From the IMG/VR virus record IMGVR_UViG_3300038393_002131: a stretch of 63,714 bases of DNA; one strand, written 5' to 3'. Below the pieces are notes generated by a model. It was not told the origin of the DNA. It was given only the letters and a program-made list of their open reading frames with translations, and did not search any database. Shown here in pieces: positions 9,674 through 17,904 of this stretch. This stretch comes from a virus (taxonomy: Duplodnaviria; Heunggongvirae; Uroviricota; Caudoviricetes). Each line of letters starts with the position of its first letter. Positions within the stretch are counted from its first letter, which is position 1. The translations under genes were made by a program, and so were the position numbers.

Positions 9674-10087
9674 ATGACCCCTGACGGAGCGACGCTGACG
9701 GCCTCGGACGAGCGAATGCACACCGCTTGCCTCGCGGTGGCGCACGCGCTGCGTCCGGGGCCGTTCCGTGCGATCGCCCGCCAGGCGACGTGGCCCACGC
9801 CCGACAAGCACGCCGACGTCGCCCACATCATCGAGACGCGGATGCGGGAGAAGTCCGACCTCGCCCGCACCGGCCCGTGGTGGGCCGCCTCCGGTCCGAC
9901 GATGACGGCCGCACTGATGTCCGTGCGCGAGCTCGAGGAGGACCTCGCGTCCTACCTCATCGGGGCCGCGCTCCAAGCCACCATCACCGCAGGAGCAGAC
10001 CTCGTGTCCGACAGCATTCTCCGGCTCGCTGAGTCGGCCGCCTCGTGGATCGACGGCCGCAACCACGCCGGGGGTGCGCACGCGTGA
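9674..10087 (+). CDS. Hypothetical protein
   Basis: GC3-biased ORF; CATACT 6 nt before ATG suggests a leaderless start. Confidence 0.6.
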   Translation: MTPDGATLTASDERMHTACLAVAHALRPGPFRAIARQATWPTPDKHADVAHIIETRMREKSDLARTGPWWAASGPTMTAALMSVRELEEDLASYLIGAALQATITAGADLVSDSILRLAESAASWIDGRNHAGGAHA

Positions 10088-10566
10088 GCAACGTCGAGGA
10101 CGCCATCGCCGACGTCCGAGCCGCCTGCCAGCGGGTCGTGACCGCCGAGGACGCGCAGATCAAGACCCGCGACGCCCGCGACGCCGCGTTCGCGGCCGAC
10201 TGGCCCCAGCTGCACCCGCTCGGGTTCAAGCTCATCGCCGCGCAGGTCGGCGACTCGATCAGCGCGTCGACGCTGCGCTCGATGGCTCGTGAGCTCAAGC
10301 CGCGGCCGCCGCGCGGGCCCCGGTTCTCCCCGTCGATCAGCGCCGAGCAGCAGGCCGCGCTCCGGCGTCTGCGGGAGGCGTGCGTGGCGTGGGCGGCCGC
10401 CGAACAGGAGTACAACGACGCCCTCAACGCCCGCTACTACGCCATCCGCGCGGCGTGGCCCGTCCTGGCCGCGCTGGGGCCGGCGAAGATCGCCCGTTCC
10501 GTCGGTGACCGACTTGTGGGAGAATCGACCATCAGGCAGGCCACAGGGGACCTGCGACGCGCTTAG
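10084..10566 (+). CDS. Hypothetical protein with two tandem helix + HTH-like repeats
   Basis: ARDAAFAADWP..LGFKLIAAQVG..ISASTLR vs ARYYAIRAAWP..LGPAKIARSVG..VGESTIR; GTGA overlap. Confidence 0.6.
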   Translation: MSNVEDAIADVRAACQRVVTAEDAQIKTRDARDAAFAADWPQLHPLGFKLIAAQVGDSISASTLRSMARELKPRPPRGPRFSPSISAEQQAALRRLREACVAWAAAEQEYNDALNARYYAIRAAWPVLAALGPAKIARSVGDRLVGESTIRQATGDLRRA

Positions 10567-10572
10567 GCAGGG

Positions 10573-10812
10573 GTGAGCACGATGTTCCGCAGGCGGTTCG
10601 AGCAGGGCGACGTCGTCAAGGTCACGGTCGACCTGCGCCCCGGCCGGTTCTCGGCCCCCGTCGTGCTCGCCGAGACGCGCGGCATCGTGCAGCAGCCGTC
10701 CGGGTTCATGAAGGACCCGATCGTCGAGTTCAGCAACGGCCGCGTCATGGTCGTCCCGGTTCGGCACCTCGAGCACGAGCGTGTGGGGATCCTCGAGCGC
10801 GTGTTCGGCTGA
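10573..10812 (+). CDS. Small SH3-like beta-barrel protein
   Basis: FEQGDVVKVTVD...RGIVQQ...IVEFSNGRVMVVPVRHLE. Confidence 0.55.
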   Translation: MSTMFRRRFEQGDVVKVTVDLRPGRFSAPVVLAETRGIVQQPSGFMKDPIVEFSNGRVMVVPVRHLEHERVGILERVFG

Positions 10813-10832
10813 CCCCGCCCGACTTCTTCGAC

Positions 10833-10863
10833 GAGGCCCCGGTCCATCACGGATCGGGGCCTC
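10833..10863 (+). terminator. Hairpin after the 10573-10812 gene
   Basis: GAGGCCCCG ... CGGGGCCTC, 9-bp outer stem. Confidence 0.45.
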
Positions 10864-10951
10864 GCTGTGTCTCAGGGTGCGCAGTAGTGAAAACCGGATA
10901 CGATGCCACTATTCGTGTAGCGACCGAACGACGACACAGGTAGGGGACACC

Positions 10952-11185
10952 ATGACTGCGGGGGACAAGCGCACCCGCCAGCAGGCCCGCATCGAGCGGC
11001 GCCGTGCCCGGGTGCTGGAAGCGACCACACCAGCCGAGCAACTCGTCCGCGCGTTCGACCTGCTCCGCGCCGCCCTGTCGCGCCGCGCCAAGACCGACCC
11101 CGCCGGCGCCGACAAGGTCCGCCGGTTCATGCTCGACCAGCTGCTCACCGCCGCCGAGAAGGTCGAGAAGGGGTGGACCCCGTGA
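10952..11185 (+). CDS. Small basic helical hypothetical protein
   Basis: MTAGDKRTRQQ...; AGGGG SD; first gene of the FtsK operon. Confidence 0.6.
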   Translation: MTAGDKRTRQQARIERRRARVLEATTPAEQLVRAFDLLRAALSRRAKTDPAGADKVRRFMLDQLLTAAEKVEKGWTP

Positions 11186-11610
11186 CCGTCGCGGCCTACG
11201 CCCTCCTCGCTGCCGGCGCCGCGCTGCTGCTGTTCACCCGCTGGCGCATCACCAAGACGACCGGCGTCGTCCTCTGCTACGTCGCCGGCGTCACCCTCGC
11301 CGCGCACATGCCCGGCGGCACCGCCCACAACGTCGTCACCGTGACGCAGCGGTTCCTCCTCGGCTGGGAAGCCGTCCCCACCATCCTGACCGTGATCGTC
11401 CTCGTCGTCGTGGCATGGCACGTCCTGTCCGGCAGCATGAACCTCCTGACCGGGGTGCTCGCCCTGGCGCTGCCCGCGCTGCTGCCCTACCTCGCCACCG
11501 GGCCCCTGCACGAGCTGTGGGCGTGGGCGACCGGCACCGTCGCCGACACATGGCACGACGTCAGCAAGAACGTCCGGCCCGTGCTCGAGAACGCCAAGCC
11601 CCTCCGATGA
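11182..11610 (+). CDS. Multi-TM membrane protein (Spd-like position upstream of TraB)
   Basis: About four hydrophobic helices; GTGA/ATGA overlaps on both sides. Confidence 0.65.
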   Translation: MTVAAYALLAAGAALLLFTRWRITKTTGVVLCYVAGVTLAAHMPGGTAHNVVTVTQRFLLGWEAVPTILTVIVLVVVAWHVLSGSMNLLTGVLALALPALLPYLATGPLHELWAWATGTVADTWHDVSKNVRPVLENAKPLR

Positions 11611-13901
11611 CCGAGAAAGGCACCCCCGACCCGATGCCCGCCGCCGGCCGCCCCAAGGCCCCGACGAAGAAGAAGCCCGCCCCCAAGAGCCCGGTCGAGA
11701 AGTTCTCCTACCGCTACCGCTTCCAGCTGGCGCCGCTGTACGTGATCTTCGGGGTGCTCGTCGCCGGCGCGGTCGCGCACGAGTCCCCGGACGGACGCTG
11801 GTACATCGTCGGCGGCATCGTCGTCGGCGCCGGGATCATCATGTTCACCCGGAAGTGGGTCGACCGGCGCATCGAGCGGATCTACACCGCCGTCGCCCTC
11901 GGCGTCATCGCCCTGTGGCTGCTCGCCGCGGCGACGTGGGGCGTCAGGCAGGTCATGGCCCTCGTGTGGCTCGTGCTCGGCGTCGGGCTGGCCGTGCCGT
12001 GGTGGTACCACTTCCGGGTCCGCCGCCCGAAGAAGGGCCCCCGCATCAAGGGCGCGAACCGGGTGCAGCTCGCCGACTTCGCCGACCGGTGGGAGGAGCG
12101 CGTCGCCGGCGGCAACGGCGAGCAGCCGATCCTCCGCAAGTCGCGCCTGACCGACGTGCGCAAGACCAAGCACGGCATCGAGGCCCGGATCATCCTGCCC
12201 CCGGGCGTCCTGACCACCGAGGACGCCATCAAGGCCACGGAGCGCATCGCCTCCGCGTACGAGGTGCCGCTGTCCGCGGTGTCGATCGAGGCCTACCGCG
12301 GCGGCGTCGCCAACCAGGCGAAGCTCATCATCATCGACGACGACCCGCTCGTGACGGCCATCTCCTTCCCGGGCCCGTCGCTGCGCGAGGACGGCTCGTT
12401 CGACCTCGGCACGTACGTCGACGGCGAGACGGCCACGATGCGGCTGTGGCGGCCGAAGTACGGCGCCGTGCACATGCTCCTCGCCGGGTGCACCGGCGCG
12501 GGCAAGTCCGGCGTCTACAACGTCGTGCTCGCCAACGCGACCTCGAGCCCGCTCGTCACGACGTGGGTGCTTGACCCGCAGGGCGGGCAGTCGATGCCCG
12601 AGTGGATGGACCACGTCGATTGGGCCGCCCGCTCCACCGAGGAGGGCCTCATCATGCTGCAGGCCGCCTACGACGTGATGATGGCCCGCTCCCGGCACCT
12701 CGCCACGATGGAGTTCGTCGACGAGCAGGGCAACACCCGCCGCGGCCGCGGCTACTTCGAGCCGTCCGAGGAGATGCCGCTGCTGACCATCGTCATCGAC
12801 GAGGCGCACCAGCTGCTCACCGACCCGGACGCCACCAAGCTCGTCGCCGACATCGTCAAGATGGCCCGCAAGTGCGGCGTCCAGCTGCTCCTCGCGACGC
12901 AGGTCCCGTCGGTGGAGGAGCTCGGCGGCAACTCCACGATCCGCGACCAGCTCGCCTCCGGCACCGCGATCGTGCTGCGGGCGCAGTCGTCGCAGTCGGG
13001 CCGCATGGTGTTCTCCGGCGCGATGCCGGTCGCCCCGCACAAGATCCCGTCGGAGATGAGCGACGGGTCAACGTCGGCCGGGCTCGGCTTCACGATGGGC
13101 TCGAACACGCGCACCGCGATCATGCGCACCTACTACGTGTCGGACCGGCAGGCGTACGCCCTCGGCTCGGAGGCCTCCCCGCGACCCCTGGACACGCTGT
13201 CCGCCAACGCGGCCGGTCTGGCGTACGCGAACCGGCCCCGACCGGAGCGGCCGAACCGTACCGAAATCGGTACGGTTCCGACGGTCGTCGAGCACGCGCC
13301 CGTGGTCGAGCCGGCCACGGTCGACATCGACACGACCTGGGCGGACGAGCTCACCGCGGCGTTCGACGACGACGAGCAGGAGCAGCCGGAGGAGTCAGCG
13401 TCCGACGTCGACGAGGCGCTGCTGCAGGAGGCGGCCGACCTCGTCATCACGACACAGTTCGGGTCGCGGCGGATGCTGCAGCGCAAGCTCCGCGTCGGCT
13501 ACGCCGTGTCGGTGCGGCTCATGGACCTGCTCGAGGAGCGCGGCATCGTCGGCCCGGACACCGGGGAGCCCGCCCGCGCGGTGCTCGTCCCGCCGCAGAA
13601 CGCGTCTCTCCCGGCCGTAGAGCCGGTCCCGGTCCCCGAGGAGGCGCCAGAGCCTCAGAGCCCGTCTCCGGCCCCGGTGACCGCGCAGGAGCACGTCCTC
13701 GCCGTCCTCGCCGACGGCCACGAGGCCACGAAGGCACAGATCGTCGCCGCGATCCCCGTCGCCTTCTCCGACAGCGCCATGGCTCAGGCGCTCCGCAAGC
13801 TGCGCGACGCCGGGCGGATCGTCCGCGTCGGGCAGGGCAAGTACCGCATCACCGACCCCGCCAGCGACCGGGGCACGACACAGGAGGACACGACCTCATG
13901 A
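11607..13901 (+). CDS. TraB/FtsK-SpoIIIE DNA translocase with FtsK-gamma and extra C-terminal winged helix
   Basis: N-terminal TMs; Walker A [32 protein letters not shown]; gamma domain [25 protein letters not shown]; C-term wHTH [22 protein letters not shown]. Confidence 0.9.
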   Translation: [764 protein letters not shown]

Positions 13902-14407
13902 TGGGACCTCAGCACCGGTTGTTCGGTGGGCTCTGCGGAGCCGCCGTCGCCACCTACCAAGGCGCCTCGTTCACCATGATCGCGATGACGGCCATGGTCG
14001 CCACCGCGTCGGCGCACGGATGGTCCTCGCCCGACGTCGACCAGACCGGCCCGTGGCGCCGCGTCGCCCGTGTGCTGCCGGGGCCGCTCGGTCGGGCGAT
14101 GAAGCACCGCGGGATCTCGCACTGGCCCGGATGGGTCGCCCTCGCATGGTTCGGGATCAGCCAGGCGCCGGCCGAGGCGCAGTGGCCGCTCACCGCCCTG
14201 CTCATCGGGTGGGCCTCGCACATCGTCGGTGACGTCCTGTTCGGGACGGTGCCGCTGATGCCGTGGGGCTCGATGTACGTCGGGGTCGGCCTCGACACCG
14301 GCGGGTTCCTCGAGACGAGGGTCGCGCGCGCGCTCACGATCCTCACGCTCACCTACCTGCTGTACCTGCCGTTTGCGCGCGTGCACGACCTGCCGTACGC
14401 GACCTGA
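13898..14407 (+). CDS. YdjM-like membrane metal-dependent hydrolase
   Basis: GPQH, SPDVD, KHRGISH and SHIVGD motifs; hydrophobic; ATGA overlap. Confidence 0.8.
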   Translation: MMGPQHRLFGGLCGAAVATYQGASFTMIAMTAMVATASAHGWSSPDVDQTGPWRRVARVLPGPLGRAMKHRGISHWPGWVALAWFGISQAPAEAQWPLTALLIGWASHIVGDVLFGTVPLMPWGSMYVGVGLDTGGFLETRVARALTILTLTYLLYLPFARVHDLPYAT

Positions 14408-14442
14408 TGCGCGCGCACCATGCGCGCGGGATGCGCGCGCAC
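14406..14442 (+). repeat. Three direct repeats ATGCGCGCG
   Basis: At 14407, 14420 and 14431; first and third extend to GATGCGCGCGCAC. Confidence 0.7.
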
Positions 14443-14478
14443 GAAGGCCCGCCGGGGGAGTAGTCCCGGCGGGCCTTC
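14443..14478. terminator. Bidirectional hairpin between convergent conjugation and head modules
   Basis: GAAGGCCCGCCGGG / CCCGGCGGGCCTTC, perfect 14-bp stem, 8-nt loop. Confidence 0.75.
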
Positions 14479-14496
14479 CGCGTGTGGTCGTGCTCG

Positions 14497-16647
14497 TCAG
14501 GCGCGCAGGGCGTCCATCTGCGCGCGGTGCTCGTCGGGGTCGAGGTGCACGACCTCGTCCTCGTCGTCGTCGGCGTCCGGGTCGGCTGTGCGCGCGTCCT
14601 CGGGCGTGGGCTCCGGCTCGACCGGCGCCACCGGGGCGTCGGCGGTCGGGACGACCTCGTCGTCGGCATCACCGTCGGGCTCGGGCTCGACCGGCTCGTC
14701 CTCGGTCGGCTCGTCCTCGGGGTCCGGGTAGTCGCCGTACTCCTCGTCGTCAGACTCGGGCTCGTCCTCCTCGTCGGGGGCGACCTCACCCATGACGGCT
14801 CCGGCGACGTCGTAGCCCTTCACGGCCAGTTGGTCGAGGAGGCGCAGCAGCGGGTCGGTGAGCTCGCCAAGGCTCTTGCCCTCCGGCAGCGCGCCGACGA
14901 ACCGGACGGCGTCCTCGAGCGCGCCGGCGGCCGGGTCGAGGAACCGGATGCGGACGTCCGCGCCCTCGGTCAGCTCATCGGGCTCGTCGAGCGCGATGAG
15001 CGACAGCTGCACCGGCTCCGGCTGGTCGAGGCTGACCGCGTCGCCGTCGAGGCGGTAGCCGAGGCGGAACGTCTCGTCGTCGCGGGCGCCGGTGCGGGTG
15101 ACGATGACGTAGTCGTCGAACATCGCGTCGACGCACACCCACCCTCGGGGCGCGTCGGGGTCCTCGAGCGGGGGCATGAGCAGGTCGTTGACGGCCTTCT
15201 GGACGAGGTCGCGTCGCTCCTCGTACGAACCAGGCATGTAGGGCATGGACTTCTTCTCCGTGGTCGGGGTCGGGATGGACTTGCCTTCGATCGGGCGGGT
15301 GTCGACGACCCAGTCGCCGAGGTCCTTCTTGATGTCGCCCTCGTGGTCGTCGCACGCCGGGGCGTAGGCGCGGCCCTCGGTGTGGACGATCCGCTTGGTG
15401 GCCGGTGACGAGCACTGCGCGCACTTTTGCGTCTTGGGCAGGCTCTTGGCCTCCATGACGGCGGCCAGCCCGTCGCGTCGCATCAGGCGGGCGAGCTCGA
15501 GCACGACGGCCTTGCCCTCCATCGGCGAGGCCGCCGGCGCGGCCGGGGCGAGCGGGATCGGGTAGCGGTTCGTGCCGACGACGAGGTACGCGTCGGAGAA
15601 CGACAGGGGCGTCGGCGGGACGACGTCGACGTCGTCGAGGCCGTACCCGAGGGTCATGTGCGGGGTGAAGCCGTGCTCGGACTGCTGCGGCCGGCCAGCG
15701 TCGGCCAGGGCGCCGGTGACGGCCACCCGCAGCCGGTCGAGGCCCGGCACGTCGACCGGCACCCACACCGGCTCGCCGTCGGGGCCGGCGGGGAACCGGC
15801 CGATGCCGCCGACGGAGCCCTCAAGCGGGCCGACGTCGGCCACCGCGGCGCCGATCGCGCTGGCGAGGGCGGTCGGGTCGTCGACCGGGTCCGTGCCGAG
15901 GTAGGCGATGGTGACGTGCAGGTCGTCCGGCTCGAGCCCGCCCGGGACAGCGATACGGGCCGCGGACTCCGGGTCCGGGTACAGCGCCACCATGACGCCG
16001 TCGGTGTGGTCCGGCTGCACCGGCGCCTCGTCGACGAGGCCGATGCCGTCGGTGTCCTTGTGCTCGAGGTCGGGGATCGGCGAGGAGTCCGACGCGTCGG
16101 CGCCCTTCACCTCGAGGGCGAGAGCCATGTCGTGAGCTCCGTGGAGCACGAGGGAGCATTCGTACAGCTCGAGGCCGTAGATGATGCGGACGTCGCCACG
16201 CTTGGACGACTGCCCGTCGAGGACCTTGTAGCCGATGGAGAACGCGGCCTCACCGGTCGCGGCCCACAGCTTGCAGTGCTCGTAGAAGTCCCGCCCGTCC
16301 TGCGTCTTGAGGTTGAACTTCATCGTCGCGATGAGCGCGCCGGCGGCCGCGGGCCAGGGACGCCCGTCGGGGGTGCGCTTCGGCAGGCGCTTGTCGCCGG
16401 GCTTGAGCTCGACGATCGACAGGACGGACCCCAGCGGCCGCTTCCAGTCGTGCATCCAGCAGAACTTGGGGCGTCGGCGACGCAGGGTGGCGGCGAACGC
16501 ACCGGGGTGCACGATGTCGCGGACCGAGTCCTCGGTGCCGGTGACAGAGACGATCGCGGTGACGATGCCCTCGTCGGCCGCCGGGGGGCGCGCGGCTGCC
16601 GCGGCTACGGCCCGTGGGCCTCCGCGCGTGAGCAGAGTGGTCGGCAC
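14497..16647 (-). CDS. HK97-type prohead protease fused to a 2H (Acb1/LigT-like) phosphoesterase, a Zn-finger and an acidic tail
   Basis: Protease about 16105-16575 (GIVTAIVSV..DIVHPGAF..WMHDWKRPLG..AFSIGY..LYECSLV). 2H about 15550-16000 (GVMVALYP..LHVTIAYLG..FTPHMTLGY). CxxC..CxxH about 15340-15425. Confidence 0.85.
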   Translation of the reverse strand: MPTTLLTRGGPRAVAAAAARPPAADEGIVTAIVSVTGTEDSVRDIVHPGAFAATLRRRRPKFCWMHDWKRPLGSVLSIVELKPGDKRLPKRTPDGRPWPAAAGALIATMKFNLKTQDGRDFYEHCKLWAATGEAAFSIGYKVLDGQSSKRGDVRIIYGLELYECSLVLHGAHDMALALEVKGADASDSSPIPDLEHKDTDGIGLVDEAPVQPDHTDGVMVALYPDPESAARIAVPGGLEPDDLHVTIAYLGTDPVDDPTALASAIGAAVADVGPLEGSVGGIGRFPAGPDGEPVWVPVDVPGLDRLRVAVTGALADAGRPQQSEHGFTPHMTLGYGLDDVDVVPPTPLSFSDAYLVVGTNRYPIPLAPAAPAASPMEGKAVVLELARLMRRDGLAAVMEAKSLPKTQKCAQCSSPATKRIVHTEGRAYAPACDDHEGDIKKDLGDWVVDTRPIEGKSIPTPTTEKKSMPYMPGSYEERRDLVQKAVNDLLMPPLEDPDAPRGWVCVDAMFDDYVIVTRTGARDDETFRLGYRLDGDAVSLDQPEPVQLSLIALDEPDELTEGADVRIRFLDPAAGALEDAVRFVGALPEGKSLGELTDPLLRLLDQLAVKGYDVAGAVMGEVAPDEEDEPESDDEEYGDYPDPEDEPTEDEPVEPEPDGDADDEVVPTADAPVAPVEPEPTPEDARTADPDADDDEDEVVHLDPDEHRAQMDALRA

Positions 16648-16673
16648 TCCCGTTCCTCCCCATCGTTGATGTC

Positions 16674-16711
16674 GGGGAGGAACGTGCCTGTGTCAGGGGG
16701 CTTGTGTCGCG
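16674..16711 (-). promoter_or_regulatory. Putative late promoter (protease)
   Basis: CGCGACACAAG-N14-CACGTT-N7, then a short leader with GGAGG SD. Confidence 0.65.
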
Positions 16712-16902
16712 TCCTTCTTCGCCAGCGCCATCCGCGCCTGCGACAGGCCACGGTTCCAGAAGCGGAACTTGACCCGGTCACCGACGCCACCGTTGGGGTT
16801 GTACGGGTTGTCGGCGCCGGTCTTGCCGGCCACGGCGGCGTCGCGGCCCTCGAACAGGGCACGCCACGCACTGACGCGGTTGATGCGCTGCACCTCAGCC
16901 AC
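16693..16902 (-). CDS. Rmf/CrpP-like small protein
   Basis: RALFEGRDAAVAGKTGADNPY...FWNRG resembles the ribosome modulation factor pattern (G..AG..G....CPY.....W..G); GTG start overlaps upstream gene. Confidence 0.55.
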   Translation of the reverse strand: MAEVQRINRVSAWRALFEGRDAAVAGKTGADNPYNPNGGVGDRVKFRFWNRGLSQARMALAKKDATQAP

Positions 16903-17554
16903 GGGCCGGTCCCTTCGTCTCGTAGCGGAGCTCGTAGGCCTTGCCCTCGAACTTGAACCGCTTGTGTCGATTGTCCATGTGGTCGGACTCCTCGTCGACT
17001 TCGTCGTCGGCTGACAGGTCCGTGTCGCCCTCGGCGCCGTCGTCGGTGACCTCGGCCGACTCGCCGTCCTCACGCATGGCGCTGTCGTCGTCGGCGACCT
17101 GGGCGTCGGCCTCCTGCTCGGGCTCGTCGCCCTGCTCGTCGACAGGTTCCCCGCCGTCGGTGTCGGCCTCGTCGCCCTCGGGGATCTCCTCGCCGTCGGC
17201 CGGGGCGCTCTCGCCTCCGTCGCGACGCAGACCGGCGTCGTCGACGTCGATGGCCCACGACTGCGGGTCGGTGTACCGGTAGACGGTGCCGTCGGGGGTG
17301 CGGACCCAGCCGGTGACGGTGCCGTCGTCGTCGTGGTCGAGCCAGCCCTCGGTGCCGTCCTCGCCCTTGAGGTGGGCGTAGGCGTTGGCCGGGTCCGTCT
17401 CGTCACCCTCGTCGTAGACGTCGCCGGAGAACGGCTGGGGCTTGTTCGGGTCGGCCTGCTCCTGACCGGGCGGGCCCGCGACCTCGCGAGCAGCTGCCGG
17501 GGCGTCGTTCGGGACGGCTGGCAGCACCTTGTACTGGATCTCGATGCGGGACAT
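16895..17554 (-). CDS. Acidic hypothetical head-module protein
   Basis: Small Trp/Asp-rich domain (GWLDHDDDGTVTGWVR) plus long D/E tract; own promoter motif. Confidence 0.75.
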   Translation of the reverse strand: MSRIEIQYKVLPAVPNDAPAAAREVAGPPGQEQADPNKPQPFSGDVYDEGDETDPANAYAHLKGEDGTEGWLDHDDDGTVTGWVRTPDGTVYRYTDPQSWAIDVDDAGLRRDGGESAPADGEEIPEGDEADTDGGEPVDEQGDEPEQEADAQVADDDSAMREDGESAEVTDDGAEGDTDLSADDEVDEESDHMDNRHKRFKFEGKAYELRYETKGPARG

Positions 17555-17591
17555 GCGAGGGAGAGTGCCTGCCGTGTGGCCTTGCGTCGCG
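17555..17591 (-). promoter_or_regulatory. Putative late promoter, leaderless
   Basis: CGCGACGCAAG-N13-CACTCT-N7-ATG17554. Confidence 0.65.
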
Positions 17592-17860
17592 TCGTGGCGG
17601 GCTCGGGGGCGCCGCCGTCCGACGGAACCCCCGAGCCCACTTCCGCCCGATCAGCTCGGGCGGCTCTCCATTGGCTGCACGGCTGCCGTGGCTACACCGC
17701 GCGCCCGCCCGCCGCACCTGTGCGGACGACGAGCGTTGGTACCAGTCAATGCCGCCGAGAAAGCCCGGGTGGCGGCCCCCGTCAGGCTCCTACCGGTGTG
17801 CACCAGCCGGGGTGTGCCTGACCGCGCATTTGAGCATCGTCGAGAGGCTTGGCGGGGGTA

Positions 17861-17895
17861 GGTAGGGCCCACGCTGGGGGAGCGTGGGCCCTACC
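17861..17895 (-). terminator. Hairpin downstream of the giant gene
   Basis: GGTAGGGCCCACGCT-ggggg-AGCGTGGGCCCTACC, perfect 15-bp stem, 10 nt after the stop. Confidence 0.75.
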
Positions 17896-17904
17896 GTCAA
17901 CTCG

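Noticed and set aside
16961-16971. CGACACAAG as an eighth late promoter for the Rmf-like gene
   Set aside because: No NANNNT at 13-14 nt and it lies in coding sequence.
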